A DNA stretch of 64,000 bases from Mobula hypostoma (taxonomy: Eukaryota). The notes below the pieces were generated by a model. The model saw only the letters and a list, made by a program, of their open reading frames with translations, did no database searches and was not told where the DNA came from. Below, one piece after another: positions 26,800-40,000 of the stretch; positions within the stretch are counted from its first letter, which is position 1; the number at the start of each line of letters is the position of its first letter. The position numbers and the translations under genes are program-made. The DNA is taken from positions 186,001 through 250,000 of the forward strand of contig NW_026948141.1 in NCBI RefSeq assembly GCF_963921235.1, read 5' to 3'.

Positions 26800-29700
26800 C
26801 ATAGAACATAGAACAGTACAGCACAGTACAGGCCCTTCGGCCCACAATGTTCTGCCAACCCTCAAACCCTGCCTCCCATATAACACCCCACCTTAAATTC
26901 CTCCATATACCTGTCTAGTAGTCTCTTAAATTTCACTAGTGTATCTGCCTCCACCACTGACTCAGGCAGTGCATTCCACGCACCAACCACTCTCTGAGTA
27001 AAAAACCTTCTTCTAATATCCCCCATTGAACTTCCCACCCCTTACCTTAAAGCCATGTCCTCTTGTATTGAGCAATGGTGCCCTGGGGAAGAGGCGCTGA
27101 CTATCCACTCTATCTATTCCTCTTATTAACTTGTACACCTCTATCATGTCTCCTCTCATCCTCCTTCTCTCCAAAGAGAAAAGCCCTAGCTCCCTTAATC
27201 TCTGATCATAATCCATACTCTCTAAACCAGGCAGCATCCTGGTAAATCTCCTCTGTACCCTTTCCAATGCTTCCACATCCTTCCTATAGTGAGGTGACCA
27301 GAACTGGACACAGTACTCCAAGTGTGGCCTAACCAGAGTTTTATAGAGCTGCATCATTACCTCGCGATTCTTAAACTCTATCCCTCGACTTATGAAGGCT
27401 AACACCCCATAAGCTTTCTTAACTACCCTATCCACCTGTGAGGCAACTTTCAGGGATCTGTGGATATGTACACCCAGATCCCTCTGCTCCTCCACACTAC
27501 CAAGTATCCTGCCATTTACTTTGTACTCTGCCTTGGAGTTTGTCCTTCCAAAGTGTACCACCTCACACTTCTTCGGGTTGAACTCCATCTGCCACTTCTC
27601 AACCCACTTCTGCATCCTATCAATGTCTCTCTGCAATCTTTGACAATCCTCTACACTATCCACAACACCACCAACCTTTGTGTCGTCTGTAAACTTGCCA
27701 ACCCACCCTTCTACCCCCACATCCAGGTCATTAATAAAAATCACAAAAAGTAGAGGTCCCAGAACTGATCCTTGTGGGACATCACTAGTCACAACCCTCC
27801 AATCCGAATGTACCCCCTCCACCACGACCCTCTGCTTTCTGCAGGCAAGTCAATTCTGAATCCACCTGGCCAAACTTCCCTGGATCCCATGCCTTCTGAC
27901 TTTCTGAATAAGCCTACAGTGTGGAACCTTGTCAAATGCCTTACTTAAATCCATGTGGATCACATCCACTGCGCTACCCTCATCTATATGCCTGGTCACC
28001 TCCTCAAAGAACTCTATCAGGCTTGTTAGACACAATCTGCCCTTCACAAAGCCATGCTGACTGTCCCTGATCAGACCACGTTTCTCTAAATGCCCATAGA
28101 TCCTATCTCTAAGAATCTTTTCCAACGGCTTTCCCACCACAGACATAAGGCTCACTGGTCTATAATTACCCGGACTATCCCTACTACCTTTTTTGAACAA
28201 GGGGACAACATTCGCCTCCCTCCAATCCTCTGGTACCATTCCTATGGACAACGAGGACATAAAGATCCTAGCCAGAGGCTCAGCAATATCTTCCCTCGCC
28301 TCGTGGAACAGCCTGGGGAATATTATCCGTCCTAATGTATTTTAACAACTCCAATACCTCCTCTCCCTTAATATCAACATGCTCTAGAACATCAACCTCA
28401 CTCATATTGTCCTCACCATCATCAAGTTCCCTCTCATTGGTGAATACCAAAGAGAAGTATTCATTGAGGACCTCGCTCACTTCCACAGCCTCCAGGCACA
28501 TCTTCCCACCTTTATCTCTAATCGGTCCTACCTTCACTCCTGTCATCCTTTTGTTCTTCACATAATTGAAGAATGCCTTAGGGTTTTCCTTTACCCTACT
28601 AGCCAAGGCCTTCTCATGCCCCCTTCTTGCTCTCCTCAGCCCCTTCTTAAGCTCCTTTCTTGCTTCCCTATATTCCTCAATAGACCCATCTGATCCTTGC
28701 TTCCTAAACGTCATGTATGCTGCCTTCTTCCTCCTGACTAGATTTTCCACCTCACTTGTCACCCATGGTTCCTTCACCCTACCATTCTTTATCTTCCTCA
28801 CCAGGACAAATTTATCCCTAACATCCTGCAAGAGATCTCTAAACATCGACCACATGTCCATAGTACATTTCCCTGCAAAAACATCATCCCAATTCACACC
28901 CGCAAGTTCTAGCCTTATAGCCTCATAATTTGCCCTTCCCCAATTAAAAATTTTCCTGTCCTCTTTGATTCTATCCTTTTCCATGATAACTATAAAGGCC
29001 AGGGAGCGGTGGTCACTGTCCCCCAGATGCTCACCCACTGAGAGATCTGTGACCTGACCCGGTTCATTACCTAGTACTAGATCTAGTATGGCATTCCCTC
29101 TAGTCAGCCTGTCCACATACTGTGACAGGAATCCGTCCTGGACACACTTAACAAACTCTGCTCCATCTAAACCCTTGGAACTAATCAGGTGCCAATCAAT
29201 ATTAGGGAAGTTAAAGTCACTCATGATAGCAATCCTGTTATTTTTGCACCTTTCCAAAATCTGCCTCCCAATCTGCTCCTCTGTATCTCTGCTGCTACCA
29301 GGGGGCCTATAGAATACCCCCAGTAGAGTAACTGCTCCCTTCCTGTTCCTGACTTCCACCCATACTGACTCAAAAGAGGATCCTGCTACATTACCCACCC
29401 TTTCTGTAGCTGTAATAGTATCCCTGACCAGTAATGCCACCCCTCCTCCCCTTTTCCCCCAAAATCCCTTGTAAAACACTGAAATCCAGGAATATTAAGA
29501 ATCCATTCCTGCCCTGGTACCAGCCAAGTCTCTGTTATGGCCACTATATCATAATTCCGTGTATGTATCCAAGCTCTCAGTTCATCACCTTTGTTCCTGA
29601 TGCTTCTTGCATTGAGGTACACACACTTCAGTCCTTCTACCTTACTGTCTTTACACCGTTTATTCTGCTTCTCTTTCCTCAAAACCTCTCTGTATGTTAG

Positions 29701-30455
29701 ATCTGGCTTTACTCCATGCACTTCTTTCACTGCTCTATCACTCCGGGTTCCATCCCCCTTGCAAATTAGTTTAAGCCCTCCCAAACCATGCTAGCAAACT
29801 TACCTGCAAGGATATTGCTCCCCCTCGAGTTCAGGTGCAACCCATCCAATCTGTACAGGTCCCACCTTCCCCAGAAGAGATCCCAATGATCTAAAAATCT
29901 AAAACCCTGCTCCCTGCACCAACTCCTCAGCCACGCATTCAACTGCCATCTCCTCCAATTCTTACCATCACTGTCACGTAGCACTGGCAGCAATCCTGAG
30001 AACGTCACCCTTGAGGTCCTGTTCTTCAGCCGTCTGCCTAGTTCCCAAAACTCACACTTCAGGACCTCATCCCTCTTCCTGCCTATCTCGTTGGTCCCAA
30101 GATATATCACGACTTCTGGTTGCTTTCCCTCTCGTAGCAGGATGTTGTGCACCCGGTCAGAGACATCCTGGACCCTGGCACCCGGGAGGCAACAAACCAT
30201 GCGGGTGTCCTTCTCACGTCCACAAAATCTCCTGTCTGCTCCCCTGACTATAGAGTCTCCAATGACGACAGCTCTCCTCTTCACCATCCCATCCTTCTGC
30301 ACCACAGGGTCAGACTCAGTGCTGGAGGCCCTGCCACCATGGCTCACACCTGGTCGGTCGTCCCCGCCAACAGTATCCAGGACGGTAAACTTATTATTCA
30401 GGGGAATGGCTACAGGGGTGCTCTGCACTACCTGTCTGCTCACCTTCGCTTTCCC
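26800..30455 (-). mobile_element. Near full-length young CR1 LINE (ORF1 SGNH esterase + ORF2 APE-RT), disrupted
   Basis: ORF1 29766-30443 with IGDSIVRG...GTNE...DGLHLN. ORF2 split into 29386-29784, 28280-29479, 27850-28260 and 27013-27825. Tail (ctatgtt)n at 26800. Confidence 0.95.
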
Positions 30456-30813
30456 CTACTTTATAATTTCCTGTCAGAGTCACCTTATGTACAAGCACTC
30501 CTGTGCCTAGTATCACTTTAGGGACATACAATCAATCATATGTCTTAATATTAATTGTGCTCTGTTATTATTTTTGTGTTCCTTATTGTGTTTTTTATGC
30601 TGCATTGGACCTGGAGTAACATTTATTTCATTCTCTTTAACACTTGCATAATGGAAATGACATTGAACAATCTTGAGTCTTGAAACTAATGGTCCAAGCA
30701 ACAATTGGTCAGCAAACAGTGTCCTAGGTACTAATTTATAGAAGAGAGATGAGCAGATATACGAGATCACTGCTGAACTCTAATTTACTTACACTAATTG
30801 TTTTCATTGGCAG

Positions 30814-31003
30814 AACGCAGGTTGACAAGAGATCCCATCTGGTTATTGCTAATCATCAGCCAATAATACGATCGTCCACAAAGACACCAGAGCGCACCCT
30901 TGCCCCAAATGCTGTCCGACCACTGACTGCAAAGGCTGCCTTACAGAGGCTGCCAAATAGAGCCTTTCTTCTGCCCAGCAAAGGGAGCAACATCAAACAC
31001 TGA
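30814..31003 (+). CDS. LRRC56: LRRC56 last coding exon (stop TGA 31001-31003)
   Basis: ttttcattggcag|A acceptor, phase 2. TQVDKRSHLVIANHQPIIRSS...RPLTAKAALQRLPNR...IKH*. Unique non-repeat sequence. Confidence 0.8.
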
Positions 31004-34000
31004 GGTAAAGTCGGGAAAAACTCTACACTGCATGGTGTTGTGTGCTGAGGTAAAGTCGGGAAAAACTCTACACTGCATGGTGTTGTGTGCTGAGGTACTG
31101 TTGGGAATAACTGTAGTCTGCAAGGTGTTGTGTGCTGAGGTACAGTCGGGAAAAACTCTACACTGCATGGTGTGTGCTGAGGTACTGTTGGGAACAACTG
31201 TAGTCTGCAAGGTGTTGTGTGCTGAGGTACTGTTGGGAATAACTGTAGTCTGCATGGTGTGTACTGAGGTACAGTGGAGAATAACTGTAGTCTGCAAGGT
31301 GTTGTGTGCTGAGGTACTGTTGGGAATAACTGTAGTCTGCATGGTGTGTGCTGAGGTACAGTGGAGAATAACTAGTCTGCAAGGTGTTGTGTGTTGAGGT
31401 ACTGTTGGGAATAACTGTAGTCTGCATGGTGTGTGCTGAGGTACAGTGGAGAATAACTGTAGTCTGCAAGGTGTTGTGTGCTGAGGTACTGTTGGGAATA
31501 ACTGTAGTCTGCAAACTACACTGCATGGTGTTGTGTGCTGAGGTACTGTTGGGAATAACTGTAGTCTGCAAGGTGTTGTGTGCTGAGGTACAGTCGGGAA
31601 AAACTCTACACTGCATGGTGTGTGCTGAGGTACTGTTGGGAACAACTGTAGTCTGCAAGGTGTTGTGTGCTGAGGTACTGTTGGGAATAACTGTAGTCTG
31701 CATGGTGTGTGCTGAGGTACAGTGGAGAATAACTGTAGTCTGCAAGGTGTTGTGTGCTGAGGTACTGTTGGGAATAACTGTAGTCTGCATGGTGTGTGCT
31801 GAGGTACAGTGGAGAATAACTAGTCTGCAAGGTGTTGTGTGTTGAGGTACTGTTGGGAATAACTGTAGTCTGCATGGTGTGTGCTGAGGTACAGTGGAGA
31901 ATAACTGTAGTCTGCAAGGTGTTGTGTGCTGAGGTACTGTTGGGAATAACTGTAGTCTGCAAAGTGTGTGCTGAGGTACAGTGGAGAATAACTGTAGTCT
32001 GCATGGTGTTGTGTGCTGAGGTACTGTTGGGAATAACTGTAGTCTGCATGGTGTGTGCTGAGGTACAGTGGAGAATAACTGTAGTCTGCATGGTGTTGTG
32101 TGCTGAGGTACTGTTGAGAATAATTGTAGGCTGCATGGTGTGTGCTGAGGTACAGTGGAGAATAACTGTAGTCTGCAAAGTGTGTGCTGAGGTACAGTGG
32201 AGAATAGCAGTAGTCTGCATGGTGTGTGCTGAGGTACTGTTAGGAATAACTGTAGTCTGCATGGTGTGTGCTGAGGTACTGTTGGGAATAACTGTAGTCT
32301 GCATGGTGTGTGCTGAGGTACAGTGGAGAATAACTGTAGTCTGCAAGGTGTGTGCTGAAGTACTGTTGAGAATAACTGTAGTCTGCAAAGTGTGTGCTGA
32401 GGTACAGTGGAGAATAACTGTAGTCTGCATGGTGTTGTGTTCTGAGGTACAGTCAGGAAAAACTCTACACTGCATGGTGTTGTGTGCTGAGGTACAGTGG
32501 AGAATAACTGTAGTCTGCATGGTGTGTGCTGAGGTACAGTGGAGAATAACTGTAGTCTGCAAGGTGTTGTGTGCTGAGGTACTGTTGGGAATAACTGTAG
32601 TCTGCATGGTGTGTGCTGAGGTACTGTGGAGAATAACTAGTCTGCAAGGTGTTGTATGCTGAGGTACTGTTGGGAATAACTGTAGTCTGCATGGTGTGTG
32701 CTGAGGTACAGTGGAGAATAACTGTAGTCTGCATGGTGTTGTGTGCTGAGGTACTGTTGGGAATAACTGTAGTCTGCATAGTGTGTGCTGAGGTACAGTG
32801 GAGAATAACTGTAGTCTGTATGGTGTTGTGTGCTGAGGTACAGTGGAGAATAACTGTACTCTGCAAGGTATTGTGTGCTGAGGTACTGTTGGGAATAACT
32901 GTAGACTGCAAGGTGTTGTGTGCTGAGGTACAGTGGAGAATAACAGTAGTCTGCAAGGTGTTGTGTGCTGAGGTACTGTTGGGAATAACTGTAGTCTGCA
33001 TGGTGTTGTGTGCTGAGGTACTGTTGGGAATAACTGTACTCTGCAAAGTGTGTGCTGAGATACAGTGGAGAATAACTGTAGTCTGCATGGTGTTGTGTGC
33101 TGAGGTACTGTTGGGAATAACTGTAGTCTGCATGGTGTGTGCTGAGGTACTGTTGGGAATAACTGTACTCTGCAAAGTGTGTGCTGAGATACAGTGGAGA
33201 ATAACAGTAGTCTGCATGGTGTTGTGTGCTGAGGTACTGTTAGGAATAACTGTAGTCTGCATAGTGTGTGCTGAGGTACAGTGGAGAATAACAGTAGTCT
33301 GCAAGGTGTTGTGTGCTGAGGTACTGTTGGGAATAACTGTAGTCTGCATGGTGTTGTGTGCTGAGGTACTGTTGGGAATAACTGTAGTCTGCATGGTGTG
33401 TGCTAAGGTACAGTGGAGAATAACTGTAGTCTGCAAGGTGTTGTGTGCTGAGGTACTGTTGGGAATAACTGTAGTCTGCAAGGTGTTGTGTGCTGAGGTA
33501 CTGTTGGGAATAACTGTAGTCTGCAAAGTGTGTGCTGAGGTACAGTGGAGAATAACAGTAGTCTGCAAGGTGTTGTGTGCTGAGGTACTGTTGGGAATAA
33601 CTGTAGTCTGCATGGTGTGTGCTAAGGTACAGTGGAGAATAACTGTAGTCTGCAAGGTGTTGTGTGCTGTGGTACTGTTGGGAATAACTGTAGTCTGCAA
33701 AGTGTGTGCTGAGGTACAGTGGAGAATAACTGTAGTCTGTATGGTGTTGTGTGCTGAGGTACAGTGGAGAATAACTGTACTCTGCAAGGTATTGTGTGCT
33801 GAGGTACTGTTGGGAATAACTGTAGACTGCAAGGTGTTGTGTGCTGAGGTACAGTGGAGAATAACTGTACTCTGCAAGGTGTTGTGTGCTGAGGTACTGT
33901 TGGGAGTAACTGTAGTCTGCATGGTGTTGTGTGCTGAGGTACAGTCGGGAAAAACTCTACACTGCATGGTGTTGTGTGCTGAGGTACAGTGGAAAATAAC

Positions 34001-37000
34001 TGTACACTGCATGGTGTGTGCTGAGGTACTGTTGGGAATAACTGTAGTCTGCATGGTGTGTGCTGAGGTACAGTGGAGAATAACTGTAGTCTGCATGGTG
34101 TTGTGTGCTGAGGTACTGTTGGGAATAACTGTAGTCTGCATGGTGTGTGCTGAGGTACAGTGGAGAATAACTGTAGTCTGCATGGTGGTGTTGTGTGCTG
34201 AGGTACTGTTGGGAATAACTGTAGTCTGCATGGTGTGTGCTGAGGTACAGTGGAGAATAACTGTAGTCTGCATGGTGTTGTGTGCTGAGGTACTGTTGGG
34301 AATAACTGTAGTCTGCATGGTGTGTGCTGAGGTACAGTGGAGAATAACTGTAGTCTGCATGGTGTTGTGTGCTGAGGTACTGTTGAGAATAATTGTACTC
34401 TGCATGGTGTGTGCTGAGGTACAGTGGAGAATAACTGTAGTCTGCAAAGTGTGTGCTGAGGTACAGTGGAGAATAGCAGTAGTCTGCATGGTGTGTGCTG
34501 AGGTACTGTTAGGAATAACTGTAGTCTGCATGGTGTGTGCTGTGTAGTCTGCAAGGTGTGTGCTGAGGTACAGTGGAGAATAACTGTAGTCTGCAAGGTG
34601 TTGTGTGCTGAGGTACTGTTGGGAATAACTGTAGTCTGCAAGGTGTTGTGTGCTGAGGTACTGTTGGGAATAACTGTAGTCTGCATGGTGTGTGCTGAGG
34701 TACAGTGGAGAATAACGTGTGCTGAGGTACTGTTGGGAATAACTGTAGTCTGCATGGTGTGTGCTGAGGTACAGTGGAGAATAACTGTAGTCTGCAAGGT
34801 GTGTGCTGAGGTACAGTGGAGAATAACTGTAGTCTGCAAGGTGTTGTGTGCTGAGGTACTGTTGGGAATAACTGTAGTCTGAGGTACTGTTGGGAATAAC
34901 TGTAGTCTGCATGGTGTGTGCTGAGGTACAGTGGAGAATAACTGTAGTCTGCAAGGTGTGTGCTGAAGTACTGTTGAGAATAACTGTAGTCTGCAAAGTG
35001 TGTGCTGAGGTACAGTGGAGAATAACTGTAGTCTGCATGGTGTTGTGTTCTGAGGTACAGTCAGGAAAAACTCTACACTGCATGGTGTTGTGTGCTGAGG
35101 TAAAGTGGAGAATAACTGTAGTCTGCATGGTGTGTGCTGAGGTACAGTGGAGAATAACTGTAGTCTGCAAGGTGTTGTGTGCTGAGGTACTGTTGGGAAT
35201 AACTGTAGTCTGCATGGTGTGTGCTGAGGTACTGTGGAGAATAACTAGTCTGCAAGGTGTTGTATGCTGAGGTACTGTTGGAAATAACTGTAGTCTGCAT
35301 GGTGTGTGCTGAGGTACAGTGGAGAATAACTGTAGTCTGCATGGTGTTGTGTGCTGAGGTACTGTTGGGAATAACTGTAGTCTGCATGGTGTGTGCTGAG
35401 GTACTGTTGGGAATAACTGTACTCTGCAAAGTGTGTGCTGAGATACAGTGGAGAATAACAGTAGTCTGCATGGTGTTGTGTGCTGAGGTACTGTTAGGAA
35501 TAACTGTAGTCTGCATGGTGTGTGCTGAGGTACAGTGGAGAATAACAGTAGTCTGCAAGGTGTTGTGTGCTGAGGTACTGTTGGGAATAACTGTAGTCTG
35601 CATGGTGTTGTGTGCTGAGGTACTGTTGGGAATAACTGTAGTCTGCATGGTGTGTGCTAAGGTACAGTGGAGAATAACTGTAGTCTGCAAGGTGTTGTGT
35701 GCTGAGGTACTGTTGGGAATAACTGTAGTCTGCATGGTGTTGTGTGCTGAGGTACTGTTGGGAATAACTGTAGTCTGCAAAGTGTGTGCTGAGGTACAGT
35801 GGAGAATAACAGTAGTCTGCAAGGTGTTGTGTGCTGAGGTACTGTTGGGAATAACTGTAGTCTGCATGGTGTGTGCTAAGGTACAGTGGGGAATAACTGT
35901 AGTCTGCAAGGTGTTGTGTGCTGTGGTACTGTTGGGAATAACTGTAGTCTGCAAAGTGTGTGCTGAGGTACAGTGGAGAATAACTGTAGTCTGTATGGTG
36001 TTGTGTGCTGAGGTACAGTGGAGAATAACTGTACTCTGCAAGGTATTGTGTGCTGAGGTACTGTTGGGAATAACTGTAGACTGCAAGGTGTTGTGTGCTG
36101 AGGTACTGTTGGGAATAACTGTAGTCTGCAAGGTGTTGTGTGCTGAGGTACTGTTGGGAATAACTGTAGTCTGCAAGGTGTTGTGTGCTGAGGTACAGTG
36201 GAGAATAACTGTAGTCTGCAAGGTGTTGTGTGCTGTGGTACTGTTGGGAATAACTGTAGTCTGTATGGTGTTGTGTGCTGAGGTACAGTGGAGAATAACT
36301 GTACTCTGCAAGGTGTTGTGTGCTGAGGTACTGTTGGGAATAACTGTAGTCTGCAAGGTGTTGTGTGCTGAGGTACAGTGGAGAATAACTGTACTCTGCA
36401 AGGTGTTGTGTGCTGAGGTACTGTTGGGAGTAACTGTAGTCTGCATGGTGTTGTGTGCTGAGGTACAGTCGGGAAAAACTCTACACTGCATGCTGTTGTG
36501 TGCTGAGGTACAGTGGAAAATAACTGTACACTGCATGGTGTGTGCTGAGGTACTGTTGGGAATAACTGTAGTCTGCAAAGTGTGTGCTGAGGTACTGTTG
36601 GGAATAACTGTAGTCTGCATGGTGTGTGCTGAGGTACAGTGGAGAATAACTGCAGTCTGCAAGGTGTGTGCTGAGGTACAGTGGAGAATAACCGTAGTCT
36701 GCAAGGTGTTGTGTGCTGAGGTACTGTTGGGAATAACTGTAGTCTGCAAAGTGTGTGCTGAGGTACAGTGGAGAATAACAGTAGTCTGCAAGGTGTTGTG
36801 TGCTGAGGTACTGTTGGGAATAACTGTAGTCTGCATGGTGTTGTGTGCTGAGGTACTGTTGGGAATAACTGTAGTCTGCATGGTGTGGGCTAAGGTACAG
36901 TGGAGAATAACTGTAGTCTGCAAGGTGTGTGCTGAGGTACAGTGGAGAATAACTGTAGTCTGCAAGGTGTTGTGTGCTGAGGTACTGTTGGGAATAACTG

Positions 37001-40000
37001 TAGTCTGCAAGGTGTTGTGTGCTGAGGTACTGTTGGGAATAACTGTAGTCTGCAAAGTGTGTGCTGAGGTACAGTGGAGAATAACAGTAGTCTGCAAGGT
37101 GTTGTGTGCTGAGGTACTGTTGGGAATAACTGTAGTCTGCAAAGTGTGTGCTGAGGTACTGTTGGGAATAACTGTAGTCTGCATGGTGTGTGCTAAGGTA
37201 CAGTGGAGAATAACTGTAGTCTGCAAGGTGTGTGCTGAGGTACAGTGGAGAATAACTGTAGTCTGCAAGGTGTTGTGTGCTGTGGTACTGTTGGGAATAA
37301 CTGTAGTCTGCAAGGTGTTGTGTGCTGAGGTACTGTTGGGAATAACTGTAGTCTGCAAGGTGTTGTGTGCTGTGGTACTGTTGGGAATAACTGTAGTCTG
37401 CAAGGTGTTGTGTGCTGAGGTACTGTTGGGAATAACTGTAGTCTGCAAGGTGTTGTGTGCTGAGGTACTGTTGGGAATAACTGTAGTCTGCAAGGTGTTG
37501 TGTGCTGAGGTACTGTTGGGAATAACTGTAGTCTGCAAGGTGTTGTGTGCTGAGGTACTGTTGGGAATAACTGTAGTCTGCAAGGTGTTGTGTGCTGAGG
37601 TACTGTTGGGAATAACTGTAGTCTGCATGGTGTGTGCTGAGGTACAGTGGAGAATAACTGTAGTCTGCAAAGTGTGTGCTGAGGTACAGTGGAGAATAAC
37701 TGTAGTCTGCAAAGTGTGTGCTGAGGTACAGTGGAGAATAACTGTACTCTGCAAGGTATTGTGTGCTGAGGTACTGTTGGGAATAACTGTAGTCTGCAAG
37801 GTGTTGTGTGCTGAGGTACTGTTGGGAGTAACTGTAGTCTGCGAGGTGTTGTGTGCTGAGGTACAGTCGGGAAAAACTCTACACTGCTTGGTGTTGTGTG
37901 CTGTGATACAGTGGAAAATAACTGTACACTGCATGGTGTGTGCTGAGGTACTGTTGGGAATAACTGTAGTCTGCATGGTGTGTGCTGAGGTACAGTGGAG
38001 AATAACTGTAGTCTGCATGGTGTTGTGTGCTGAGGTACAGTGGAGAATAACTGTAGTCTGCAAAGTGTGTGCTGAGGTACAGTGGAGAATAACAGTAGTC
38101 TGCAAGGTGTTGTGTGCTGAGGTACTGTTGGGAATAACTGTAGTCTGCAAAGTGTGTGCTGAGGTACTGTTGGGAATAACTGTAGTCTGCATGGTGTGTG
38201 CTGAGGTACAGTGGAGAATAACTGTAGTCTGCAAGGTGTGTGCTGAGGTACAGTGGAGAATAACTGTACTCTGCAAGGTATTGTGTGCTGAGGTACTGTT
38301 GGGAATAACTGTAGTCTGCAAGGTGTTGTGTGCTGAGGTACTGTTGGGAATAACTGTAGTCTGCAAGGTGTTGTGTGCTAAGGTACTGTTGGGAATAACT
38401 GTAGTCTGCATGGTGTGTGCTGAGGTACAGTGGAGAATAACTGTAGTCTGCAAGGTGTGTGCTGAAGTACTGTTGAGAATAACTGTAGTCTGCAAAGTGT
38501 GTGCTGAGGTACAGTGGAGAATAACTGTAGTCTGCATGGTGTTGTGTTCTGAGGTACAGTCAGGAAAAACTCTACACTGCATGGTGTTGTGTGCTGAGGT
38601 AAAGTGGAGAATAACTGTAGTCTGCATGGTGTGTGCTGAGGTACAGTGGAGAATAACTGTAGTCTGCAAGGTGTTGTGTGCTGAGGTACTGTTGGGAATA
38701 ACTGTAGTCTGCATGGTGTGTGCTGAGGTACTGTGGAGAATAACTAGTCTGCAAGGTGTTGTATGCTGAGGTACTGTTGGAAATAACTGTAGTCTGCATG
38801 GTGTGTGCTGAGGTACAGTGGAGAATAACTGTAGTCTGCATGGTGTTGTGTGCTGAGGTACTGTTGGGAATAACTGTAGTCTGCATGGTGTGTGCTGAGG
38901 TACTGTTGGGAATAACTGTACTCTGCAAAGTGTGTGCTGAGATACAGTGGAGAATAACAGTAGTCTGCATGGTGTTGTGTGCTGAGGTACTGTTAGGAAT
39001 AACTGTAGTCTGCATGGTGTGTGCTGAGGTACAGTGGAGAATAACAGTAGTCTGCAAGGTGTTGTGTGCTGAGGTACTGTTGGGAATAACTGTAGTCTGC
39101 ATGGTGTTGTGTGCTGAGGTACTGTTGGGAATAACTGTAGTCTGCATGGTGTGTGCTAAGGTACAGTGGAGAATAACTGTAGTCTGCAAGGTGTTGTGTG
39201 CTGAGGTACTGTTGGGAATAACTGTAGTCTGCATGGTGTTGTGTGCTGAGGTACTGTTGGGAATAACTGTAGTCTGCAAAGTGTGTGCTGAGGTACAGTG
39301 GAGAATAACAGTAGTCTGCAAGGTGTTGTGTGCTGAGGTACTGTTGGGAATAACTGTAGTCTGCATGGTGTGTGCTAAGGTACAGTGGGGAATAACTGTA
39401 GTCTGCAAGGTGTTGTGTGCTGTGGTACTGTTGGGAATAACTGTAGTCTGCAAAGTGTGTGCTGAGGTACAGTGGAGAATAACTGTAGTCTGTATGGTGT
39501 TGTGTGCTGAGGTACAGTGGAGAATAACTGTACTCTGCAAGGTATTGTGTGCTGAGGTACTGTTGGGAATAACTGTAGACTGCAAGGTGTTGTGTGCTGA
39601 GGTACTGTTGGGAATAACAGTAGTCTGCAAGGTGTTGTGTGCTGAGGTACTGTTGGGAATAACTGTAGTCTGCAAGGTGTTGTGTGCTGAGGTACAGTGG
39701 AGAATAACTGTAGTCTGCAAGGTGTTGTGTGCTGTGGTACTGTTGGGAATAACTGTAGTCTGTATGGTGTTGTGTGCTGAGGTACAGTGGAGAATAACTG
39801 TACTCTGCAAGGTGTTGTGTGCTGAGGTACTGTTGGGAATAACTGTAGTCTGCAAGGTGTTGTGTGCTGAGGTACTGTGGAGAATAACTGTACTCTGCAA
39901 GGTGTTGTGTGCTGAGGTACTGTTGGGAGTAACTGTAGTCTGCATGGTGTTGTGTGCTGAGGTACAGTCGGGAAAAACTCTACACTGCATGCTGTTGTGT

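Noticed and set aside
34540..34890. Cluster of truncated satellite units (similarly 55735-55940)
   Set aside because: Could be real deletions but equally assembly or consensus errors; cannot be judged without reads.
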